From positions 69,688,001 to 69,752,000 of the forward strand of contig OX597817.1 of assembly GCA_951406725.2 (NCBI GenBank): a stretch of DNA of 64,000 bases, given 5' to 3'. This stretch comes from Octopus vulgaris (lineage: Eukaryota). The position numbers and the translations under genes were made by a program. Shown here one piece after another: positions 13,600 through 26,709 of the stretch. The notes under the pieces are model-generated. The model saw only the letters and a program-made list of their open reading frames with translations. It was not told where the DNA came from and ran no database searches. Every line of letters starts with the position of its first letter. The first letter of the stretch is position 1.

Positions 13600-13688
13600 T
13601 ATATTTATATATATATATGTATGTATGTATACTTACACACACACACACATATATTTACAAATTTAGGGAATGGAGTAGGTAAAATCCA

Positions 13689-13771
13689 GGCTACATATGT
13701 TTCGTAGCTAGCAGAATCTTAGAGGTAGTAATTATTCAATGAGGAGTACTCCACTATTTACTCATCAGGCC
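13689..13771 (-). ncRNA. Type I hammerhead ribozyme motif with long stem II
   Basis: Minus strand GGC-CUGAUGA-GUA..(long insert)..UAC-GAAAC-AUAU-GUA-GCC; intact core and palindromic stem III typical of Penelope-like pLTRs. Confidence 0.7.
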
Positions 13772-13901
13772 ATAGATACGTTAGTCAAATGAAGGTCACA
13801 CTGCATTGTCATCAAGAATCCCATGTTAACTTGCATAAGATTTGATTGAAACTTCTTACACTTAGATCCTTGGATCTTACCTTTACATATATATATATAT
13901 A

Positions 13902-14136
13902 TACTCTTTACTTGTTTCAGTCATTTGACTGCAGCCATGCTGGAGCACCGCCTTTAGTCGAAGAAATCGACCCCAGGACTTATTCTTTGTAAGCCTAGTA
14001 CTTATTTTATCGGCCTCTTTTGCTGAACCGCTAATCTATGGGGATGTAAACACACCAGCATTGGTTGTTGAGTGATGGCGGGGGTGGGGTGGGGTGGGCG
14101 ACAAACAAAGACACTGGCATACACAAAATTATATCC

Positions 14137-14169
<33 letters not shown>

Positions 14170-14200
14170 GAATGGGCTTCTTTCAGCTTCGGTCTACCAA
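13902..14200 (-). mobile_element. SINE family A, 3' part
   Basis: Tail ACTCTTTTACTTGTTTCAGTCATTTGACTGCAGCCATGCTGGAGCACCGCC. Confidence 0.85.
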
Positions 14201-14287
14201 ATTTTATGTGTGTGAGTGTGTATATATATATATATATAAATGTATGTATATATGTGCATGTATGTGCATAAATATAAATATAAATAC

Positions 14288-14348
<61 letters not shown>

Positions 14349-14584
14349 CATACACTGTACATACCAGAACATTTGAGACTTTTTGAGGGGAGGCTGTTAT
14401 AACTCCTAGATTACTGTAAATTTAGCATATCATTACTATACAGCTATTAGGCTGACCTACCAACTTTTGATATTCCAAATTGATAAAGATTGCTGTAACG
14501 GTGCTTTAAACACACCTAATTAAACACAGCTGAACTAGTTCACAGAATTCAGTTAGGACTAGCTCGCTATGGAAAGAAGTTTTG

Positions 14585-14812
14585 TTAAGGCTTTAATGTT
14601 TAACCTGGCCATATCTGGCCCTAATATTCTACCTGTTTTACATTAAAACTGAGCTGGATCCAACCTCTCACACCTACCCTACAATGTTATTCTAAAAATG
14701 TATAAACGCACCAATTGAAATCTTGAAGCCACAAGATAATGTACGATTAATTCAAAATGATGTGAAGATATCAGCAAGATATTTCTCAAAGAAATCTGAA
14801 TGCTAAAGGTTT
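14585..14812. mobile_element. Probable piggyBac-type MITE, degenerate
   Basis: Ends TTAAGGCTTTAATGTT and AATGCTAAAGGTTTA resemble decayed TTAA-CCCTTTAGCATT TIRs; a similar-style element lies at 21435-21655. Confidence 0.4.
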
Positions 14813-14879
14813 AGACTGAGCAAAAATGTTCCAGAAACTTATCAAATGATCCAGATTGCTAATGGATCAATATGTGTGA

Positions 14880-15650
14880 GTCAAGTATCTGTTTTACACT
14901 GGCAGAAGAGGCCAGACAAAACAAGCCCACTGAGAAGTTCGTGATGATCCCCTTTTTCAGTAGCAAGGACATCATTCACGTCCTTGTGGCCAAACAGTTA
15001 AAGAGTACTTTGTGTAGGTGTTGAGGGATTTCAGGAAGACATTTCATGATGCACCTGATCTACCTGCACAAGGATAAAGCACCAGTTCACAGTTCTGTCT
15101 TAGAAACCAACAACTTGACAGAAACGGGCATCAAAACTGTCCCTCACCCTGCCTGCAATCCTGACCTTGCATGCTGTGACTTTCAGTTGTTCCCCAACCA
15201 GAAGGAAAAGATGGAGATTGTATACAAGAGGCAAGTGAGCTGGCAGAGTCGTTAGCCCGCCGGGCGAAATGCGTAGCCGTATTTCGTATGCCGTTACATT
15301 CTGAGTTCAAATTCCGCCGAGGTCGACTTTGTCTTTCATCCTTTCGGGGTCGATAAATTAAGTACCAGTTACACACTGGGGTCGATATAATCGACTTAAT
15401 TTGTTTGTCTGTCCTTGTTTGTCCCCTCTGTGTTTAGCCCCTTGTGGGTAGTAAAGAAACATGTATACCAGAGGTTTGGGTGCCTTCTCATTGGAGGTGA
15501 TTCATGGGGGTGGTCACGAAGTGGCTGGAGTGTTATAAGCACACTGAAGTCAGAGGACTGTTACATTGAGGGAGATTAGAGTTTTGTACTTCTATGAGAT
15601 TTGTAAATGTCTCTACCGTGAGAGTCACAAACCTTCCAGAATGCACCTTG
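14880..15650 (+). mobile_element. Mariner fragment interrupted by a SINE
   Basis: LHKDKAPVHSS..TVPHPACNPDLACCDFQLFPNQK; continues after 15474 to a TIR-like end. Confidence 0.8.
15232..15461 (+). mobile_element. SINE family B with TSD
   Basis: TGTATAC(A/C)AGAGG at 15219-15231 and 15462-15474. Confidence 0.92.
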
Positions 15651-15903
15651 TGTATATGTATACATAAACACATGTACTGACTAATACAAATATTAAAACA
15701 AACAACATTCAAATGCATTAAATACCTGTTTGTGTGCACAAACATGGACATGTATATATAAACATAAGCACATTACATGCACAAATGCATGTTCAAAAAG
15801 AAAAAATACACCCATATGCATACACACAACTACAAACTCATACATACTAACATGCATTTAAGTTTGTATATATTTACATAGCTCTCTCTCTCTCTTTCTC
15901 TCT

Positions 15904-15934
<31 letters not shown>

Positions 15935-16227
15935 GGAATGGATGTGTATATGTGTGTTGCATATATGTATATATATATATATATTATTTATACATATATT
16001 ATATGCTTGAATATTATACATATATACATATATACACACACACATATATGTATATATATATATACACACACACACACATACACATGCAAAGAAAGAGAGA
16101 CAAAGAGAAATATATGCATATACATACACATGCATACATATATACTCTCATAAAAGTATACAAGCACATATGCATTTATTTCTGTAAGTATATGTATATA
16201 TATCCAAACCAGTGTGCAAATCCAAAT

Positions 16228-16294
<67 letters not shown>

Positions 16295-16630
16295 TGTATG
16301 TATGTATGTATATGTATGTATATGTATGTATATATGCATACACACACACGCACGTACACAATCACGCACACACACACACATAGTCATATGCACATACACG
16401 TGTATGCACTCACTTGCTCATACACTGTGATATGTGCACACACATTTGTATGTTATTGTTTGGAGTTGGAGAATTCAGACTCCAAACTCCATTATACTTA
16501 ACTAAGTAACTGGATTAAGATTATATGCTACACACACACACAAGCATACACCCAACACCCACACATACATACCCACCCAACCATATCCTTCCCACACACA
16601 TCCATATAGGTACATACATATATATACCTA

Positions 16631-16712
<82 letters not shown>

Positions 16713-16767
16713 GTATCATGTATGTATACAGTATATATGTGTAAGAAAAGATATTACATGTATGTTT

Positions 16768-16798
<31 letters not shown>

Positions 16799-17021
16799 CT
16801 ACACACATACACACATACACACACACACACATATATACACATATATATATACACATATATACACATATATATATACATATATATCTCTTTATGTACACCT
16901 TTGTTTACTTCTTTGTCCTTTCTTTGTTTGATTTTATCTTACTTTTATTTCATATTTTTTTACATATTTCATTTACTTATTTAGTGATATTTTTTGTGAA
17001 GATGAACTGTCTCATTGTTTA

Positions 17022-17073
<52 letters not shown>

Positions 17074-17329
17074 CATCATCATCATCGTTTGCTGAGGTAG
17101 AGGGAGATATTTTTCTTTTCAACCAAATCGATCGATGCTTAAACGGATTATCTTCCTATCCAAGATTTTGGTGTTTCTATGTTACTTCCAGAAGAATATT
17201 CTTGCATAAAAAATTGAAAACAATGAAAAAAAATGCTCTTTAGGAATCAGAATCGGTAGCATCTATTTTTGTATCATCATCATTATTATCTGTTTCGTGA
17301 ATGCCAGTATCGCGACCACTATCGCAATC

Positions 17330-17632
17330 ACCCACTTCCATGACCACCAACACCACCACCGCCGCTACCATCACCACCACTATCACCACTACCTTCATCA
17401 TCATCCTTTTTTTATTCTCATCATTCAATGGGACTGCTACTGCCACCATCACTACTGCCACCACCACTGTCATCAGCATCCTTATCACCACCACCACAAC
17501 CACCACCACCACCACCACCACCGCCACCGCCACCAACACCACCATCACTACCAAAACCAACACCACCACCACTACCACCACCACCACCACTACCACCATC
17601 ACCACCACCACTGCCATGTTCTTTCATGATGA

Positions 17633-17663
<31 letters not shown>

Positions 17664-17715
17664 AAGAAGAGGAAGAGGAAGAAGAATTGATGATGATGAT
17701 GATGATGATGATGAT
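17330..17715. repeat. Compound (ACC)n-(AAG)n-(GAT)n triplet repeat
   Basis: Direct reading. Confidence 0.95.
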
Positions 17716-18323
17716 TATGAAGATGAATATCCTTACTACGATTGTTTTCAATCTTGTATATTTATGTAGCGATTCTCTTACTGCTACTTTTATAATTACA
17801 TTGAAAGATAAAGAGGTCAGAATTAGACTGAAACTTGCTCGGAGTTGTCTCTCCTACTCTGAGAGTGAACGACAAATACATCAAGTATTAAATTGGTTTT
17901 TCATGATATATTTTACTTTTATTTTTCTAAACTTTTATCCTATATATATATATGATATGTGGCAAAAGTATACTATATAAGTATTTAACAATTTTAAACA
18001 GATTAATAAAGATCAAACAGACACTGCTTCAGAAGATTATTAAATACTCATAATGATATTCATTTCTTTACTTCACATTCTTTAGTTTATATTCTCAATA
18101 TATATATATTTGCTTAGTATACAGAAATCTGGACTGTCACGTGTATGTCTGTGTGTGTGTATGTATGTGTGTGTGTGTGCCTGTGTGTTTGTATGTATGT
18201 ATGTGTGTATGTGCCTGTGTGTTTGTATGTGTATTCTTTCCAGTAACAAGCTTTTGAAGTGTTCTGTATCTTTTCATATAAATGCATATGATGACACCTC
18301 GAATAACTATGTGTGCATGTGTG

Positions 18324-18445
<122 letters not shown>

Positions 18446-18754
18446 CATATATATATATGTGTGTGTATATATATATATAGATGTATATGTATGTATGTAC
18501 ATATTTATGTGTGTGTCTGCGTGTGTATGTGTAAGAGCATTATGAAACTCTCAGCTCTTCAGTTATTCTGTAACCACTCCTGATTAAAAATAATACATCT
18601 ATCTATCTATCTATCTATCTATCTATTTATCTACACACACACACACACACATATATAAATATATATAATGTACAGTTCTGTAAGGGTAAGATCAACAAAA
18701 AACAGTATTCCATCTGTTGAGAGATAAATATTATTTAATAGACACAACACATGT

Positions 18755-18815
18755 TATGTGCTACTAAAAGTTTCATGTGTTGAGAAATATCTGAAACGTA
18801 TTCATCAGACACATA
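18755..18815 (-). ncRNA. Type I hammerhead ribozyme motif
   Basis: Minus strand UAUGUGU-CUGAUGA-stem II (AUACGUU..AACACAU, 2 mismatches)-GAAAC-UUUUA-GUA-GCACAUA; 7-bp stem I and canonical core. Confidence 0.72.
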
Positions 18816-18984
18816 CCACATATAACAAACTAAAAATTGAATGAGAAAAGAAAAGCACAAAATTGAGAAGGAAGCATATAGAAAAACAAAAAATGAAAAG
18901 CAGAAAACGAAAAGGTAAAAAATAATGTAAAGACAGGTGCATGCTAACATTTCTGCCAGCTCACTGCCTTCATCAAATCAACAT

Positions 18985-19155
18985 TACCTGATAAAGGTGC
19001 ACAGAATACCACACGACAGGTGTCGAAGTGATCACAGAGCAATGTGAAATTAAGTGTTTTGCTGAAGAATACAAAGTACTACCTGGTCTAGGAATTGAAA
19101 CCATGATCTCACAATCATGACTGCAACACTCTAACCACTAGGCTATGTACCCTCA
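18985..19155 (-). mobile_element. tRNA-derived SINE head (family F)
   Basis: Minus TAGCCTAGTGGTTAGAG..GGTTTCAATTCC; body similar to the 9960 copy. Confidence 0.7.
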
Positions 19156-19189
19156 ATAATAATAATGATAATCATAATGATTCTGATTT

Positions 19190-19710
19190 TGCCACAAGGC
19201 CAGTAATTCTGAGTGGCCAGTAAGTCTGGATTTTAGTTAGTTAATTAGACTGACCCCAGTATTTGAGTGATACTTAATTTTTTAATGAACCTTGTGGGAT
19301 GAAAGAAAAAGTTGACCTGAGAAGGATTTGAACTCAGAATATCAAACTTTGTAACAAAATTGTGCAAGGTCAGAAATCTGAGGTACTCATAGTGTCAATG
19401 AAATTGATGCTCACTTATATTTATTGCAATGAACCACTGCACAGTGAAAAACAAGGTGGAATTCATTGGAAGATTTTACTCAGAACATAAATCATTTCTA
19501 CCACAGGCACAAGGCTGGAAACTTTTGGTTAGAGGCTTGACGATTACATCAACTCCAATACTTGACTGGTAACTTATGTTGTTGATCACAAAAGGATTAA
19601 AAGTAAAACTGACCTTCACAGCATTTAATCTCAGAACAAAAGCCAGCAGAAATGCTACTAAGCATTTTATCAGGCATGGTAACAATTCTACTAGTTCACC
19701 ACCTTACTTA
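19190..19710 (-). mobile_element. Two old SINE-B-related copies
   Basis: CACAAGGC..GACCCCAGT..GGGATGAAAG..ATTTGAACTCAGAA pattern twice; more remnants at about 19820-19900 and 20275-20580. Confidence 0.65.
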
Positions 19711-19984
19711 GAACATAACTTTAAAAAATATATATATATATAACAAAATTTGCAATACATTGTATTTGTCCCTTTACCAAGTTTGTAATTCATCATGATA
19801 ACTATTTTTCTTTAAAAATTTAGTTACAAGGCAAGTCATTTTGAAGAGTGGGTTAGGCAATATCATTGACTCCAGTTCTTGATTTAATACTTTATCAATT
19901 GTGATGATGATGGTGAATTCCAGTTTTGTCCCTGTTAACAGGGGTGGCTGGATCTACCTCACTTTTACAGTGACTGCTCTCATA

Positions 19985-20275
19985 CAATCTCACCATCTCA
20001 TCCAGTTTTGGGTGACCTCCCTCCTGAAGCCAACTCTCTCAATCTCCTCCTCCACCTGTCTCCTCCACGTTTTCTTTGGCCAACCTCGCTTTCATGGTTC
20101 ATTCACTTTAAACTCAAGCACTCTCCTCAGAACATGATCCTCAGCATTCCTCAACACATGTCCATACCACCACACTTGATTTGTCCTTGCCAGCTGTTCC
20201 ACTGATTCCTCCAACCCCAGAATCCCACAGCCCTCCTTTTATCCAATAGTTTCACACCACACATTGCTCTCACCA
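19985..20275 (-). mobile_element. RTE-type LINE 3' fragment
   Basis: WYGHVLRNAEDHVLRRVLEFKV..KRGWPKKTWRRQVEEEI. Confidence 0.8.
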
Positions 20276-20882
20276 AAGGTTGATTTCACAAGTTGATTGT
20301 AGCATGATTTGAACTTAGAGCCAGGACATTTACTGCTAGGAACTTCAGGCATTTTTTCCAGTGCTCTCACAATCCTGTCATTAGTAATGGTTTCCAACAG
20401 AAGCACAGGATGTTAAATCTTGTGAGTAGAATATAGATTTATTATATCAGTTCTAGTACTTGACAGGTACTTTATTTTACTGACCCTGAAACACTTGAAG
20501 GTGAAGTCAAGTGAGGTGGTTTTGAACCCAGAGTGTTAATAGTTGCAACTACATACTGCAAGGCATTTTTTGAATGCTCAACTGATTCTCTAACAAACCA
20601 CAACCCTTTAAAAACTACTATCAATTCCTGTAAATGGTGCAAAGCAATGGAATGGCTACAGTGTGTATTGCCAAGGGCAGCTTTTGAAGTTGCCCTTCAT
20701 CTCCTTGTGTACCCAAGCCTATACAGTCTTATAAAACAAATCTAAAAGTACCACTTCCACAAAAGTGTCACACAAGGTGGACTGCTCCTTGCCCCCAGCA
20801 GCTATACTACTGGTACAAAGCCATAAGTTTTGTGCTGAGTCAGAAGGGTTACAGTCAAATTATCTCCCCTTATTTGACTGTT

Positions 20883-21218
20883 GTGAAGATGCATGGCCCA
20901 ATGGTTAGAGTGTCGGGCTCACAAATGGGAGGTATGAGTTCAATTCTCAAACTAGGCTGTGTGATGCGCTTTTATTTCATGTTGCTTCAGTTTACTCAGT
21001 TGTAGAAATGACTTTTGCTGTCTCTGGTGCCAAGCTGTAGCATCCTTTGCCTTCCTCTTGGATAATATTGGTGGCATGGAGAGGGTAGGCTAGTATGCAT
21101 GGGTGACTGCTGGTCTTCTATAAACAACCTTGCCTGGACTTGTGTCTGGGAGGGAAACTTTCTAGGTGCAATTCCGTGATCTTTCATGACCACAGGGGGT
21201 CTTTACCCTTTATCCTTT
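20883..21218 (+). mobile_element. tRNA-derived SINE (family E)
   Basis: TGGCCCAATGGTTAGAG A box, GAGTTCAATTC B box, short repeated tail TTTACCCTTTATCCTTT. Confidence 0.65.
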
Positions 21219-21950
21219 CTATTTGACTGTTATTTTTATCAGGAGACAATGAATCAGAAGAGTCATTAGCATGTTAGATAAACTGCTTTGGTCTATGTCT
21301 TCTGACTGTAGGTACTTGGGGTTCAAATTCTGCAGGGTCAGCTTTGCAATTTTTTGTTTGATGCTGGTAAATAAAATACTACTCAAGTGCCAAAATTAAT
21401 TCTTCTATCAGTTTCTCTTTGGATCATGTCTGTTCCTTTTGATACCAAACTGCCTGGAACTGCCCTTAGTTCTATTATACAAATTCCTTGGTTTATAGAG
21501 ATCTTCATTAAAACCTTTCATTGAAATTTCATGTTAATTTATGTTCCAAACACCAGATTAATAATGACAAAATTATTTTACAAAATTCTTTATTATTTTC
21601 AAAATTAATCAAAGCAAAGACAGTGAATTTCATCAGAAATACATTAACAAAAGAGCCTAAAGCTCTGGTTCAACCTGAGCATTTTCTTAATGCTACATTT
21701 GTCTGTGAGATACTCAGTCATTTATAATTTAATTTGATGAGTAGGTACTCAATTGATTAAGCAGCTGAATGCTCATTGACAAGCCCGAGTAAAGATCCAC
21801 CAGTTTATCAGCACCAAAAGATGCAAAAAACAGGTTGAACTTTGTCTTGAAGTGAACTTCGAATGTAAAGAGACGTAATCAAATAGTGTGAGATATTTTG
21901 TCTAAAACTATCAAATTGTGTCACTCACCGCTGACATAAACATATGAGTA

Positions 21951-21999
<49 letters not shown>

Positions 22000-22087
22000 T
22001 AATAAATAAATCAATAAATGAAATCATTCACATGAACAAAGGAAAAGAAAGGCATGTGTATGTATGTGCGTCTGTATATATGTGTGC

Positions 22088-22132
<45 letters not shown>

Positions 22133-22147
22133 TGTGTGTGTGTGTGA

Positions 22148-22191
<44 letters not shown>

Positions 22192-22439
22192 ATGTATACA
22201 CCCTCATAGATAGACAGATAGCTGGTAGTGTGCTGATGAAAGAGACGGATGCCATTAGGAGAATAGGTGAGATATTTTGGAAAGATGTTAAAAATCCAAC
22301 ATTCTAATGCAAAAGAGTCTCAGAAAAATCAATCAACTGTTAAGTCTTATTCGGTTGGCAAAAATAGATACATAGCAAAATTCCTTTTTGTTTAAAGACG
22401 ATGTCAGTGTTTTTCCTTCTTCGTCAATCTCCTTGGTTA

Positions 22440-22444
22440 TATTA

Positions 22445-22500
<56 letters not shown>

Positions 22501-22584
22501 GTTGTTGTTGCTGTTGTTGTTGTTGTTGTTGTTGTTGTTCTTCTTCTTCTTCTTCTTCTTCTTCTTCTTCTTCTTCTTCTTCTT

Positions 22585-22615
<31 letters not shown>

Positions 22616-22640
22616 TTATTATTATTATTACTATTATTTG
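22440..22640. repeat. Compound (TTA)(TTG)(TTC)(TTA) microsatellite
   Basis: Direct reading. Confidence 0.95.
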
Positions 22641-23073
22641 TTTGTTTGTTTGCTTCTAGTATTTCTAAATTCTCTCTCAAAAGACTAATAACAAGACAAA
22701 CAAAGAATGTTTCCAAACAGACTTTTATATCCTGTATGTAAAGAATAGAGGAGAAGAATGAAAAAGTAAAAGAAAAAAAAGTAATAAAAAAATAAAATAA
22801 AAGGAGAGAAAGAAAAAAATAGACCAAGAGTTTGCTGAAAAATATTTACTACCATATTGATATAACTAGTTGAGCCAGAAATGATATAAACTGCATGCAT
22901 ATATGTATGTATATATGTATGTACGTATGTATGTATATGGTGGGAGGGATGTATGTATCTTTGTGGCTGGATAGATGGATGTATGTTTGTATGTTTGTAT
23001 GTATGTCTTCCTGTGTATACATCTTAGTATATATGTACATAATTTATAGACAGGTATTCATAAGCAGGGATTC

Positions 23074-23137
<64 letters not shown>

Positions 23138-23261
23138 ATGTGTATATATAAATATATATATACACACATACATACATTCATACATACATACGTACACACT
23201 CATTCATATATACAAACACACCTGTATATAAATATACATACATATATATGTACAAACATAC

Positions 23262-23298
<37 letters not shown>

Positions 23299-23311
23299 AT
23301 ATATCTATATC

Positions 23312-23346
<35 letters not shown>

Positions 23347-23407
23347 GTATATAGCTATCTATCTGTATATATTTATACATATATAGAGACACACACATAT
23401 TTAAATA

Positions 23408-23449
<42 letters not shown>

Positions 23450-23813
23450 CAAAGAGAGAGCCATATGAATATGTATGTGCCTATGTATATGTATGTGTTT
23501 GTATGTTCGTGTATGAGTATGTATACATACCTATATACGCTTTTGCATATATTTATATATATACATATATAAAACAACAGTTTCTACAAGTTTTTGAAGT
23601 TGACTCAAAAGTGTGGCTTTTAATCAATTGAAGAAAGGGGCTTTAGCAATAGAAGCCACACATTTACGAGTCTCCTAAGTGTAATATCACAGTTATCTGA
23701 ACATGCTACTAATACTTCGAAATATATCAATATGTCAAAGGAAGATTTCTTTATTATTCCTGAAATCTTGTTTCCCATTCAGTCACATACATACACACAC
23801 ACATAAAAAAATA

Positions 23814-23869
<56 letters not shown>

Positions 23870-24065
23870 TATATGTATATATATATACATATATATATGT
23901 ATATGTATGTATATATATATATATATACATGTAATATGTATATATATATGTGTGTGTGTGTGTGTTTGTGTGTATATATACACACGTTATACACACACAC
24001 ATATATATATATATACATGTATGTATGTATATATGTATTCATATATATACATGTATGTATATATG

Positions 24066-24151
<86 letters not shown>

Positions 24152-24606
24152 TGTATGTATGTATGTATGTATGTATGTATGTATGTATGTATGTATGTAT
24201 GTATGTATGTATGTATGCATGTATGTATTATGTATGTATGTATTAGGTATGTATAGGATGTTATAATGGCTTCAAGCACTGCCATGTTTTGTTCATGGAG
24301 AGGTGACAAGAAGAGAAGATGTTTTGTGTAGGCATTTTTCTTCTCTGAGAACATGCATATTTATATAAAAACTGTTGTGTAGTTAGGTTGTTTCCTTAGC
24401 AGTTATGTGGTACTGGTTTCAATTCCAATCTGTGGTTCCTTTGGTCAATGTTTTCTACAATATACACTTGTGTTAACCAGTACTTTATGTGTGAAATTTA
24501 AAAATTTGCTACACAGAAAACTGTTTTCTATACGTATACACACACACATTATTGGCATATATTTATAAATATATATTTACATATATTTATAAGTATATTT
24601 ACACAC

Positions 24607-24722
24607 ACACACATATGTATAACAGAATATATATATACATATATATAATATGAGGGAATATTATTCCAAACTTACAGGGAAAAATTCAATTTAGAAATAC
24701 TAAATCAAATTTCACAAAATAT

Positions 24723-24777
<55 letters not shown>

Positions 24778-24907
24778 AACCCCACCTTTTATCAATTCAA
24801 TAATGAAAAATTATGGTATTATTTAATTTTTCATTATTGAATTGATAAAAGGTGTTTTTCTTTTGTAATTTATATATATATATATATTCTGTTATACATA
24901 TGTGTGT
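24607..24907. repeat. Nested inverted-repeat (fold-back) element
   Basis: Outer arms ACACACATATGTATAACAGAATATA, inner arms CACCTTTTATCAATTCAATAATGAAAAATTA; modules shared with 45961-47091. Confidence 0.85.
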
Positions 24908-24949
24908 CTAAATCACTTGACCCATTCCAGAGAAATAAGTAGACAATAT

Positions 24950-25072
24950 GTGCAGGCATGGCTGTGGGGTAAGAAGCTTGCCTCTCAACCACATAGTTCC
25001 GGGTTCAGTCCTACTGCATGGCACCTTGAGTAAGTATCTTCTACTATGGCTTCAGGCTAACCAAAGCCTTGA
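24950..25072 (+). mobile_element. SINE family A head
   Basis: Matches the head of the 31300 copy. Confidence 0.85.
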
Positions 25073-25483
25073 GAGCACTCAACATATTTATTTGGAGTTA
25101 TAAATATTTAGTAACAGTTTGACTCAATTTCACATTACTTAAAGCTTCTATGTGGAGGAAAGGGCAACAATGTTCTTTGTCTATCTCCTTAACCTCTTGA
25201 AAATTTTAGGCAAAATTGTACTAATGTGTCCATCTATTTTGATTTAATTAACTTCTATGTCTTTGTGCATCTGAAGATTGCTCTGCATTTAAATTGATGT
25301 AATGGTTGCATTGTTCAATTAAATGGAGTTTCATGAAACGATTGTACTGCATTACCTTGGGATATCTTTGTTGTTTACTTTGATTATAATCACGTTACTT
25401 TGAAATTGCATGGATAATACCGTACTAAATTCTGGTGCTTCAACTTACGTACCATATTCATCTGAATCTAACTTTTTGCTGAA

Positions 25484-25534
<51 letters not shown>

Positions 25535-26669
25535 ACATGTGTGTGTGCGTATCATAATGTTGTGAGTGTGTTTAAACATATGTGGGTGAATGCATGTATG
25601 AGGTGCAGTGAATAAACATTTTCCGATATAGAACTCTACAGAAAATGTAGAGTAGATACATATATTTTACGATAACCCTTTAACATGCATACATACATAC
25701 AGACATTATGGCTGCCCCTTCGTTATCGAGTATGGCCATTGCACGAAGCTTAACTGTTACTGGTGCTGTGATCGAATGTGACTTTTTATACATACATACA
25801 TACATACATACATACATACATACATACATACATACACACACATACATACATGCATGCACACTCACACACATATATACAAGCATATACACATATACACGAA
25901 CACACAGGTAACCAAATGCCAGTATTCATTCATATATATATATATATGTATATATATACAAACATGAAAATATGTACACATCTGTGCGGAAGCATAAATC
26001 AATACACATAGATAAACATGCTGATTCACGGAACGTATTCCAAGAGAGAGACAAACGCACAAATTCAAAATATGTAATTATATACATACACTTATGTACA
26101 ATGCCCATATGTACATTCTTGTGTTTGACTTCTAGACATACCAAACATTATGCAATATAAAAGAAAACACGTACATAATAAAATAAGTGGCTACAGCCAT
26201 AATAATGAGCGACTAGTCGGGGATATCAATAGAAGCAAAAAGATCAAAGGTAATTCATTGTTTGGAGATAGAATCAAGTTCATGGAAATAAAAGTAGGTG
26301 CTAAAAGAGAAAAGAGACATAGTAGATTTACGAAGTAGTTAAATAGTTTGAAATTAGTTATTGAGGTCTTAGGGAAAAGTATGTAGAATAAAAAAAGTTT
26401 GTATTGTATTTTATGCTTGCAATACGCAAACTGCTCGTTCTTCTTAGTAAATATTCTGTAGCAAACAGAATTATAATAGCTTTCGCAGCGCAGAGATCAC
26501 GAAAGGGTTTATTGCCAGTCTAAGGTTTAACCCCGTTGGTAAAATTCCAACTTACTTTCACATGCTGTACTGTTGTCTTTCAAGCTCCATATGTACTCAG
26601 AAATTGATATGGAGTGCAGTCTGGTTGGATTTAACTACATTTGCACCGAACATACACACACAAACACAA

Positions 26670-26709
<40 letters not shown>

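Noticed and set aside
17297-17769. Poly-Thr/Pro/His ORFs (mucin- or formin-like)
   Set aside because: Open in several frames on both strands, as expected for triplet repeats; no splice framing
22233-22240. CUGAUGA as a hammerhead core
   Set aside because: No stem II, GAAA and stem I arrangement follows
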